DNA from: Lingula anatina
Taxonomy: Eukaryota; Animalia; Brachiopoda
NCBI GenBank assembly: GCA_051362555.1
Contig: CM120647.1
Location: 9,052,001 to 9,116,000, forward strand
Reading direction: 5' to 3'
DNA: 64,000 nt
This document shows, piece after piece, positions 52,506 through 64,000 of the stretch. Made by a program: the position numbers and the translations under genes. Under the pieces are notes generated by a model. It was given only the letters and a program-made list of their open reading frames with translations. It ran no database searches and was not told the DNA's origin. Each line of letters begins with the position of its first letter. Position 1 is the stretch's first letter.

Positions 52506-55500
52506 TTAGCTTGATTTTATCCCTGAGCAATGACGTTTCTACCTTTCATGACCACATGACCAACTTTGGAGCTCACATTAACAAGTAAATCATGTGACCA
52601 AGGTCATAAGGTCATAGCTCATGGGGGGAGGGGGGGTCCAAGGGTTTTCCCAGAAAGCCATCCAGCCGTCATTTGGATGGCCTCTGACCTCAAAAGACAG
52701 CCTATATTTTCAACGGCGGCTGATGGCGCATGAAGTCTTTGAGGAACGAAAGTATATTTGTACTCGGACTCCCTGTATATCAGCGACCAAATTACAGTTG
52801 AACATTTTGAACTTCCCCGTACTGCAAATTCTGGGAAAACCCCTGTACCTCAATGATAAAATCCATGTGTATTTAATTTAAATACAATTATCTTTTATCA
52901 ATTTATACAAAAATAATAATACTTACTATGAAAAAGTTGCTGAAAATTGCTGTGTCCTTGACTTCAGACTTACAACAAAGCAAAATCTGAAAATATTAAA
53001 TACGGAAAAGTAAGTAGTTCATTTATCAAACGTCAGTTTTTCTTTCATAAGGGGGGCATTCAGGAAATCACAACAATTTGAAAACTGCCAATAGCATCTT
53101 GTTTCTACTTTGAAATGGTATCCAATCAAAACTTAGCTGTGTAAATATGAAATTCTCTTCATGTACTTGTTAATGGAATAGTCTTTATTTGAGAGAGAGA
53201 GAGAGAGAAAGCGAGAGATGAGAGAGAAAGACAGCATAAAAGTATCACAAATGGCAATGAGGGCTGACAAATGACTCACATACATAGATACATAGTAATG
53301 GAAATCCACTTGCTTATTTGAAAAAAGTATGCAGCCACATGTTAGAGGTAAATAATAACAAACAGGCCAAAAATCAAAAACATTTTCCTCCATAAAAAAG
53401 GTTCCCTTCACCCCTCCCCCCCCCCCAAAAAAAAAAATTGTCATCATCACAATACAACTAAACCCAAGCTCCTGAAAAAACACCTCCTATTTCTTCTTTA
53501 TTTAAACTACATGTGATACCCCTTTGAATCCTGTCATAAAAACTCACTGATCTCCCTTAGAAAAAAAACTCCAACGGACAGAAACACCAAATATACAAAC
53601 AAGTGCCCCCTGTCCAGCTGGGACCCGTCCAGCTTGTGGCTGAAATCCCTTGACCACACTAAGGTGAAATTCTAGTCTTTTTGCGCTGCAAATCTCAATT
53701 AGCCTGTGCAAATAACAGCACTGCAAGGGAATGGTTTTTAAGTGCTTTTCCGCCAAGATATTACATAATATTACCCAATCAATACCCGGGGTAACAAAAA
53801 CAGCTTAGGCCGGGAATGAAATAGAGATAAATGCCATCTGTTCTTTTCTGCCCAGCTTGACTGAACACTAGCAATAAGGATTCTTGCAGTAGGCTGTAAA
53901 GTGTATTTTTACCGAGGAGTCATTATTTTTCTACTTATATTTGTTTCACCTTGGGGTCACGCAGTAATGAAATGAGACCAGGGCTAATGGAGCCGATTTA
54001 AGAGGAATGGGTCTAAATTGCTTGTTGATTAACAGCCTTCTATTGTCTCTGTCTCTCAGCTCATCGTTTGGCAATCTGTAGTTAAAACAGGACCTTAAAA
54101 CACAGCTAACTGGGCTCGGTTACGCAAGATCTTTATTGGGCTCTCTTTACCGGGAGGAAGTAATTACTATGAAAATCATTACATTGCAATGCCAATATTC
54201 ACCGAATATTTCGGCCACAAAATATCATTTACAAAGGGCAGCCTGTCTATGAAATGGTTTAGTAATTACCTAACAGCATTTTCCCAATAAAAACCACAGT
54301 GCGCAGCTACTGAAGCTAACAGGATTTTAATTTGCTTTTTAGTTCAGGCAGTATATTAGCTATTGCATAAGACATGACCAATTCCCCTTGTTGCTGTGAA
54401 ATATAATGCTTCCCAGTTAAACCTTTGAAAATTGATACCATCTCTGGGGGAAAAAAGCATGAGATTTTCTCTACCCATACAGTTTTTTGTTTCTAAATTT
54501 GAAGCTTTTGTTTTTTATGAAGATTTTTGTCATAAAAAGTGAATAAAGACTTCACTACTTCATCTTTTCAATCCTGGAAAGATAAGTATTTAACAAATCT
54601 TATGCAGGAGAAAAATATCAGATAAATTCATGCAGAAAATTAAAGATGTCCTACCTTGTCCTTTAGGGAGGAACGAGGACAAATTTTTATAAAAATAAAA
54701 GTCAAATCTCTACTCTCCCTTCAAAAACCTTTGTTGCAAAGACTTCAGCAAATATTCCCTTAAATGTTTGAAAAAAAAAGGGAACCTTTTTACATTCATG
54801 ATCACAATACCACTAAGATAAATGCACAAAATTCACAAACAACCCTAGCTAGATTTTACCTGCCCCCTCTCTCTCAAATATATAGAAATAATCACACACT
54901 AACATGCTCTTAATTCCAAGCTTCATCACTATAAAAACCAAAGTATTCATATATTACCGACCTTGAAAAATGCCATCTAGACATCTTTTTGTTGACCAAT
55001 AACTGAACTTTTAACTTTCTTACCATTTCTGCCCATCCTGATCGCTTTGCTCAAAATACCAAAATCAACACGTCTACTAACATGAAAGCAACCCATTGAA
55101 CCACTTATTCTATATTCGCCACCAAAAAAAAAACCTTCAAGGTAGAAATGAGTCCTGTTACTTAATACACCACTGTCCACTTACCACATATCTTCGTGTG
55201 GAATTCTTCGTACTCAATAACTCCCCTGTCAGCTACAGATATACATTTTTTTGTGTGCTAAAAATCCTGATTATGCAACTCCGTTTGGTGAAAAAATCCA
55301 CCAACCCTTCAGGGCTAGGAAACGCAATACCGAGTGTTACATAACAGGCCGCATATCAAAGAAACCAGCAGAAAGCTATTGAATGAGGGGCTATTTTTTC
55401 TAAGGCCTTTTTATTTTTTCACCTACAGAAATACAAACAAGTGAACATGTGACTGCATTCTTAGCTCTGGCGCCTTTCATTCTCCAAATCATAAACTAAC

Positions 55501-56496
55501 AACCCCCAGCCACGTTTTGTCAGCGAAAACCTGATGAAAGCCACGAAGGGTCATTTTTAAGAACCCTTTTATAGACGTGATAAAAAAGGACTTCATACCG
55601 GATTAATACCACCACTGGTCAATGGTCATTTTAAGGGGGTACTTCATAGAGGTTATAAAAAGAGGTAAACATGGGGCTTATGATCAAATTACTTAACTCC
55701 TGATAAAACGTCAATTCCTGGGTCATTTTTACAAGTTTGATAAAAAAAGGTTGGTTTGATCTCAACATTGTTCTTAACACTGAACATGTGGCAAAATTAA
55801 AGTCCTTCACAGAAGCAAATAAAAAAAAATGAAAAAGTGGTTTTTGATTGACCTGACATTGTAAAGTTGTATCTAGAACCACCTTCTTAAGAGCTGTAAA
55901 GAAGGATTAAAAAACAAACACAGAATGTGTAGAGATATTAAGTAATAAATGTTGATCAACCAGCCAAATTTTGACCATTTGGTCATTTTATCACACGTCC
56001 ACAAAGGTGATAAAAAAGGGATGGTCAATAAATGACCAAACTGACCCATGATACACCACAGCTTATGAGCTTAGAACGGACCCACTATCAGTTTGGCCTT
56101 GTTTTTAGCCTCACATCAAAAACACCCAGCACAAAATGCCAAAAGTTGCATAACATCTCAGTGCGCTTATGCAGAAAGGTATACATACCTTTAGCATCCA
56201 GTATCTAATAAGGAACGCTGGGAGGGGGGATTTAATGAAAAGGAGTGTTCCTGTGGTAAAAATGACATGTGGTAGGTAGTGCCAAAAAGGGGACACCACT
56301 TCTGTTAAGAGAAAATTGACAAATTGATATGTTTATATTTATAGCTTTCTAAAATAGTACTAAATAAAGTATGTAATATGAATTGCAATTTCGTCGTGTG
56401 CACTGGGAGTCACAATGAACGATATTAATTTATAGATAGGGAATGTAGACAGTGACCATTGATGACTTGATATAATGTTAAGCAGCAAAAGAATAA

Positions 56497-56497
<1 letters not shown>

Positions 56498-56537
<40 letters not shown>

Positions 56538-56552
56538 TAATAATAATAATAA
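56498..56552. repeat. (AAT)n microsatellite
   Basis: Seen directly. Confidence 0.95.
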
Positions 56553-57724
56553 AGTTTAAGATGGGTTTCAGAAACATATTTTATCCAATTTCTGCACTAA
56601 ATGTTGAACATCTGACATATCTGACCATTCATATATGATAATCATTAAAATAAGAGATATTTGATTTCATCAATCAAACTATTGATTCTGGAAAAAAAAT
56701 TGTGAACCTACCACACCTGAAGTTCAAAACATTCTTCCTAAACCACAAATATGGTGAAAGGCTTGCAGACATTTTTTCCACTTATAAAACACACACACAC
56801 ACACAAATCAATTAAATAATCTAAAAACCATTTCTATCAGTAAAAAGAAAAAGAAAAAAAAACATTGAGTGGCCGCTCATCACAAGTGCGATGATTTAGA
56901 TGATCAACATGATCTATGAGCCCTCAGAGACATGTAGGAACAAACCAAATGACAGGCTAAATAGGGCTATTAACCCCTGTTTGCAGTCTTAAGTGGGGAA
57001 AGATGTTTTGTTGCAAGCGACAACAAAAAAGCAGTAATTGCCCAATTGGTATTGATTTTGGCGTTGGTCTGCAGAGAATATGAGCTGCTGAACATCAGTA
57101 AAAAGCTGCCAGGCACGAATTTAAGCAGAGGCCAGTTAGCACGGGTGGTAACCACTATGGAATCTCATGTATGTTACAAAAATATTCGTGTTACTTTTTA
57201 TATTCTCTTCTTTTTAGAATCTCTCTTCTTTCTTCACTTCCCCTCTTTGCTTTCTTTTTTTCTCCCCCTCCTCTCTTCCCCCTTGCCATCAATAGCCACT
57301 TTGAATAAATGTCTCGTTTCTTCAAGATTTAACCCTCAATCAAATGTTAAAGATAAAGTATAAATATTGGCTGAAGAAAATCTGTTTTTTTTACCTTTTT
57401 TTTTCACCAATTTTAATCGATAGATCAAACTGATTCTACCAATATTACTAATATGAAAAAGAATAAAACTCACTAGCCTAAAAACTCATGGAAATCTTAG
57501 TGGTTCATTTAAAAGTAACAAATCTTCACTTACTAATGGTGAGATAAATGAAACAACTACTTTGGTAAGATGCCAAATGATGAAAAACATTTACATTTCC
57601 TCTGGTGTTAGTAAATTAGTATTTCCCATGCCCATCAGAACTTCTTGACTGACGAAAATTAAGCAATCCCCCTCCTCCATCAGAAAATGAAATAAATGAA
57701 CAAAAAGAAGACAAATAAGCTGTA

Positions 57725-57762
<38 letters not shown>

Positions 57763-58284
57763 AAAGGATGCTTTTTACTCCAGAAAAGCTCAAGTCTTAA
57801 AGTAAGGATGGGGGGGAAGGGGGGGGAGAGGGGTATTGAGAAAGTGTTTGTTCACAGGCCCATGAAAAATGACTACAAAGGACAGGAGTTCTACTTTATA
57901 ATTTATCATTAGATATGATATGATGCCTTGTAGCCATTTAGCAAGCTTTTAGAGAGAAAAAAAATGCGATAGTAAAAGCACCACAATAAATCTCATGGAG
58001 TTAATAAATTTGTAAACACAGCCTCCAGGCACTGTGAATATTGAACCCAGGGCAGTTTGTTACTATTGATCAGGCTTCTCCTTGATTAACAGTGGCCCTG
58101 GGAAATCTGATCCCTTCAACTTAGGGTATCCCCTCTCTGGGCCCAAGTGTTTTTACCAGGCCCCTTAACGGACATAACTGATGCAGACCGCTGAAGGTAT
58201 GTGCTGGTTACCTATTATACATGTTGGTTATAAATTTGCCTAAGGAGCACAGTCATGGTAGAGCAATGTCCCTAACAGAGAATA

Positions 58285-58340
<56 letters not shown>

Positions 58341-58701
58341 TGCGTATGCACACACTCAAAACCTTAATCCTGATGCCCGCAAGCAGTAATCTCTGCAATC
58401 CCATCCACCCCTTTCTTTAACATATATATTATGTCTATCAATAATTACTATAAATACGAAGATTTAGTTCACTTGGTAGAAAACATTGGTACATTTCTAT
58501 ATATGTAATTTTGATGCTATTTATCTATGTATTTTACTATTACTATTATCATTATTATTGCTGCTATTACCTTATCTATGTACATTTTCACCAGCTCAGT
58601 CTGGTGCAGAAAGTATGAATAAAGCATATATATATTCACAGTATAGAATACATGTTGCAAAAAATGTTCAGGTCTCCAAACAAATATGCACACCTAGCAG
58701 T

Positions 58702-58819
58702 AAGTCCCAAGCAACGAATAGTTGAATTTGAGGCCCCTGGCAATGTATAGTTAAAACCAAGATTCTCTGACAATGTTAAGCCAACCCTGGGCCCCTGGTA
58801 ATATATACTAGAATCCCAG
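58702..58819. repeat. Degenerate 30-bp minisatellite; a further unit lies at 62704-62733
   Basis: Units GGCCCCTGGCAATGTATAGTTAAAACCAAG, ATTCTCTGACAATGTTAAGCCAACCCTG, GGCCCCTGGTAATATATACTAGAATCCCAG and GGCCCCTGGCAATGAATAGTTGAACCCCAG. Confidence 0.8.
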
Positions 58820-61635
58820 GGGCCGTATTCTCGAAAGGTTGTAACTTACAAATTCTTGTAACTTTTCACGTAAGTCCGATCGTTCACGTAAGTTGGTATT
58901 CTCGAAGGTTTGTAAGTTACAAACTCTTGTAAATATGCACGTAAATTTACAACTGCCTCCGACCTGTTGTAAGTCGCTACAAAAAGTTGTACGCATGCGC
59001 ATTTGGTGAAAAGTCGGGGAGAGAGTGTTGTCTGCTGAAATTTTATGCTCGTGTTTATTGTTGGATATTTTTGACAGCAAGTAAAATTATTAAACCATGG
59101 ATCTATTATTATAGGCGAGAAAGGTTAACCTTTCGGATTTTTCAGGTTAGTTGCCTAAAATCAATGATTTAGTTGAGAATAATACGTTTCTGTCGATCGC
59201 GTAATGGCAACATTGGAAGTTTGGCAGGGTGTCCGAATTTTTAAATTAAAACGAAAACTAACATTTTTTAAAGCACGTGAAATAACTACAAGTGTTGTGA
59301 GAAAGCCAAGTTAATAAGCTTTTTGGCGATATAAAGCACTTAAGTTGTTACTCAAAATTAATAAATTGATCCGCGGCTGAATTTCAGATTTTGAATCTTC
59401 CGACTTTTTTAGGATGAAGATACATATTTAGTCAGTGTTTAAATCAAAATTATACCAAAACACCAAGTTTAATAGATGTGGTTTTGTTCGGAAGAAAATT
59501 GGCTTTCAACTGATGTATAATGTTTGCTGTAATTATATTGTTTACAAATATCCTGTGGTAATTTGTCGTGAAGGTGTATCTGAAAATCGCCATTTTTATT
59601 GTCGATTCTTTGACTTGGTTACTTATGCCTCTATTCCATACATGTGGCAGAGAAAATATATGTCTTCTATATCACTAAAAAGTCCGTTTCAAATGCTTTA
59701 AAATGATATGCTGTACAACATGTATCAAAAAGTATCGAGAGCCTGCCAAATGATTTGAAACATATAGAAAAAAATGTTGCAAATGTTGACCCCCTTTCGG
59801 CGACGTGGTGACCTCGATCAGCTGATGACTGCATTTAAAAATATGCATAAGTTTCATTAACATTATTTTGTAGGTTTTTTTTAAATAATAAGTAATTGGG
59901 AGCATTCAGTGATGATTATAATGTCTTATCATCTACTTTCGAATGATTTTAGATATTAAACAGTATTTTAACTAATTTAAAAGGCTTGGTTTATCCATTT
60001 AAATAAAGGATATCCAGTTCAAATAATGAGGTAATCATCACTGATGGAAAAAAACAAATGACTTAAACTGTTTTAAATACCAAAAAAGACTTACTAGTAA
60101 TGTGTGAGTTAGTAAAAGATTGTAAATATTGGCATTTTTGATAGTATTCCACTTATGGCTTTCCTTACATAACATTGTACTTATTACAAAGTTACAGAGT
60201 AAGTTCTAATTTAGAGTAAACTGACACTTGCTTAGGTTGCACTTTGATCATAACAATTATAGCTGTGTTCTTGCTACTGTTTCATTTTGAAATTGATTCA
60301 TACTGCAAAATATAATCCCTGCATAGTCCCATCTACTTGCTGCAGTGTTAAGATAAGGGAAAATAAAACCAGTATATACCATAATTTTAATTAAAATAAA
60401 AAAAAAATAACCTTGCCAAAGAAATAAGTATATTTCATTATTTAAGTTCCTCATAGAATACAAATGTTTAGTCTTGTTACAATAATAATTAATATAAAAT
60501 GATTTTTTATTTCATCATAAATAATAACAGTAATAATAACTGAAAGTTTAAATGCATATCATTTTTTTCTGTATTTTCTCCTTTATGATGCACTCACACA
60601 TACATTCACCCACAAACAAGATTATGTCTCTTTCCATCATATATTGCTCATAAGGAATTATTTTGGGTTTTGTTTTGGATAAAGAAGTATTTTGTATTTC
60701 TTATCACAATTGTTATGGCTGAAACTAAAATTGCATGCACTGTACAGTGAATTTCCTTCTATTTTCAGGAAACTGGTTTGTTTAATTTGAGTAAACAAAT
60801 AGAAACATCTTATAATTCGCAATGAAATATATTTTAACCGTGGCTTGTACTTTTTAGTCACAAAACAGATTTTCTTTTCTTTTTTTTTTTTTTTCTTAAG
60901 TCAGTTTTAGGGATAATCATTGCCTTTCACTTTTTATTTAAATTTTTTGTGAGTTATCATGGATGTTTGTGTAACTTTCTATGATTAAAGTGTGCAATGT
61001 CAAGGTTCATACATGAACACTAATAACAAATTCAAGGATTTAATAAGAATTTTGAGACTAATTCAATTGCTTTTCAATGACTCTTTTAATGCAAATGAGG
61101 GCAATGTAAAGTCACTCATAAGTTTCTATAACAAAGAAAAGAGGAAGTAATATATCATTTAAATTAAATTTTATACACAGTGGTGATGAAACATTAAAAA
61201 ATAGAAATTAAATAATGTCCAAAAAGGAATGTCTCCCCTTCCTGTGAATTACTGCCTTTATGCATCCAGGTTAAAAACTAAATTCAAGCACTTTTCAAGG
61301 TTCAAAATGATTGAATACACCTAAAATGAAATAATATTGGGTGTACCCAGCAACAGATTCATATTTCATGAATGTATACTGTGTCACCCACACACATTTT
61401 ATACACACACACTACATGAATCTTTGTCAAGTTTTTGTAAGTCTCAGCTGCAGTGAAATAAAACAAGAACATGGGCACTTGTAAAGAATTTACATCTCAT
61501 ATGACAACTGTTGGTGAAAAAATCCAGAAGGAAAAAATGTTTTTAGTATTCAGTGAGTGTAAATTAGTAGATATGATATGAAACAAAAAATACCTGAAAT
61601 TATTGAAAATGTGACTGAGTAATCATTAACCTAAT

Positions 61636-61666
<31 letters not shown>

Positions 61667-62700
61667 GTTTTTTTATTTATTAACAAAATCCTTTATTATC
61701 ATTTTTTTACTGCTTATACTAGCCAACCTGTAGGTACATGTTCATTTGTACCAGTACAATGTGCATTTCATACTGACATTAAAAAATACTCACTCTTTAT
61801 GGTAACAACAAAGGTGTACTGAAAAAATATTTTCACTTTTATACTAACACCCATTAATTAATCACAATTATCAATTTTATTTAAAAATAAAATGTTCATA
61901 TTAAATTGAATGTCATTTTTGAAATATTGGGCCAACTTATTTGTGTGAATTAATTTTTGTTATTATTTGTGGCTTAACATGAAAATATCATTTATTAATT
62001 TTTCATCTTAAAAAAATCAGAGCAAACGTGAGTAGAAATCAAATATACTCACTCATATTTAATAACAACGTCTATATATTAAAATAAAAATTACATTTTT
62101 ATATCTAACTGAATGGCATAGATATAGAGAGGAATTGTGTGAACTTATTTGTATGGCTTTGGTATCCTAAGACAGCATGAAATCCAAGCAAGTATCAAAT
62201 TTGAACAATGTGGTGAGTGTTTATTATAAGCTACTTACTGTAGGAAAAATTCACACACGTTTTCATTGTAAATTTAATGAAATAAAGCGCATTTTGCTAA
62301 CGGTAAACTTGGGGAATCCCAGCTGGGGAATCCCACAAGAGGAGCCAAGTCCGATTTCTGAGCTCGCATGTCGGAGGAAGCACATTCAAAACGAGTGGAT
62401 TTTCCGACGAAAACTTGTAAGAAAATATAAAAAAACGTCTTTCTGAATAATTCTCAATACATTTCAAGATAGTTTTATGTATAGATAAGCGTTTTATCGC
62501 CGCAAAACACGGCAGTAAAATACGTCGATGCGGGTTATTCATGGACCAAACGTCACTTCCGGAAAGTTACGTGAAAAGTTACAAGAGTTTGTAAGTCCGA
62601 GACTTACAAGAGTTTTGAGAATACCGTGTAAGTCAAAGTTACAAATTCACGTAAATAGTTACAAATTGTTGTAAGTTACAAAGTTTTGAGAATACGGCCC
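58820..62700. mobile_element. Non-autonomous PIF/Harbinger-like element, 3881 bp
   Basis: TIR GGGCCGTATTCTC / GAGAATACGGCCC with a 3-bp CAG TSD (CWG type). Dense sub-terminal TTGTAA/TTACAA repeats. No transposase ORF seen. Confidence 0.85.
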
Positions 62701-62733
62701 CAGGGCCCCTGGCAATGAATAGTTGAACCCCAG

Positions 62734-63772
62734 GGGCCGTATTCTCAAAACTTTGTAACTTACAACAATTTGTAACTATTTACGTGAATTTGTATCTTAG
62801 ACTTACACGGTATTCTCAAAACTCTTGTAAGTCTCGGACTTACAAACTCTTGTAACTTTTCACGTAACTTTCCGGAAGTGACGTTCGGTCCATGAATAAC
62901 CCACATTGACGGATTTCACTGCCGTGCTTTGCGTCGATAAAACGCTTATCTAGACATAAAACTATCTTGAAATATATTAAAAAGTATTCAGAAAGACGTT
63001 TTCCAACATTTTCTTACAAGTTTTCGTCGGAAAACCCACTCATTTTGAATGTGCTTCCTCCGACATGCGAGCTCAGAAATCGGACTTGGCTCCTCTTGAG
63101 GGATTCCCCCAGCTGGGATTCCCCACGTTTACCGCTAGCAAAACGCGCTTTATTTCATTAAATTTACAATGAAAACGTGTGTGAATATATCCTACAGTAA
63201 GTAGCTTATAATAAACACTCACCACATTGTTCAAATTTGATACTTGCTTGGATTCCATGCTGTCTTAGGATACCAAAGCCATACAAACAAGTTCACACAA
63301 TTCCTCTCTATATATGCATGCCATTCAGTTAGACATAAAAGTGTAATTTTTATTTTAATATATAAACTTTGTTATTAAATATGAGTGAGTACATTTGTTT
63401 TTCTATTCACGTTTGCTGTGATTTTTTTATGATGAAGAGTTAGTAAATGATATTTTCATGTTAAGCCACAAATAATAACACAAATTAATTCACACAAATA
63501 AGTTGGCCCAACTTTTCAAAAATTACATTCAATTTAATATGAACATGTTATTTTAAAATAAAATTGATAATTGTGATTAATTAATGGGTGTTGGTATAAA
63601 AGTGAAAATATTTTTCCAGTACACCTTTGTTGTTACCATAAAGAGTGAGTATTTTTTTTTCATGTCAGTATGAAATGCACATTGTACTGGTACAAATGAA
63701 CATGTACCTACAGGTTGGCCAGTATAAGCAGTAAAAAAATGAAAATAAAGGATTTTGTAAATAAGTAAAAAC

Positions 63773-63811
<39 letters not shown>

Positions 63812-64000
63812 TTGGTCAATGATTTCTCAGTCACATTTTCAATAATTTCAGGTATTTTTTGTTTCATATCATATCTACTAATCTACTAATATTCTTACTA
63901 CTATTATCTACTAATATTCTTTCCTTCTGGATTTTTTCACCAATAGTTGTCATATGAGATGTAAATTCTTTACAAGTGCCCATGTTCTTGTTTTATTTCA
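62734..64000. mobile_element. Second copy of the Harbinger-like element, inverted, running off the window
   Basis: CAG|GGGCCGTATTCTCAAAAC start. Reverse-complement homologue of 61454-62700 with scattered substitutions and indels. Confidence 0.9.

Noticed and set aside
53544-53756. 70-aa frame ending at a phase-2 GTGAGT donor
   Set aside because: No ATG between the upstream stop and the donor and no clear acceptor, so it is not counted as a coding exon.
62177-63258. Paired ORFs MKSKQVSNLNN / MESKQVSNLNN
   Set aside because: They are mirror copies within the inverted elements. They differ by a frameshift and show no transposase or Myb motifs.
1-64000. Conserved miRNA, snRNA or rRNA genes
   Set aside because: None recognised by eye. 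The hairpins seen have TIR/TSD features of MITEs. An Rfam or MirGeneDB search would be needed to exclude them.

Overview
AT-rich eukaryotic DNA that is almost entirely non-coding. The repeat types suggest a marine invertebrate such as a mollusc, but this is inferred. No complete protein-coding gene, rRNA, intact tRNA or CRISPR array is visible. The only recognisable protein homology is a 5'-truncated L1/Tx1-type LINE (zf-RVT CCHC tail, poly-A, ~13-bp TSD) at 31.4-32.1 kb. Non-autonomous DNA transposons dominate the window. Two 2.8-3.1 kb Helentron-type (HINE) elements each carry a 146-bp satellite array rich in AGGTCA motifs. The second contains a palindromic IS3EU-like element and probably sits inside a TA-flanked Tc1/mariner-like element. 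A 3.9-kb PIF/Harbinger-like element and an inverted sister copy occupy the same CAG position of consecutive 30-bp minisatellite units. Many palindromic MITEs (Harbinger-, Academ-, Kolobok- and 5-bp-TSD hAT-like) occur, often chained end to end. Several minus-strand splice donors preceded by short ATG-started frames suggest the 5' or intronic region of a large gene with alternative first exons, but this is tentative.
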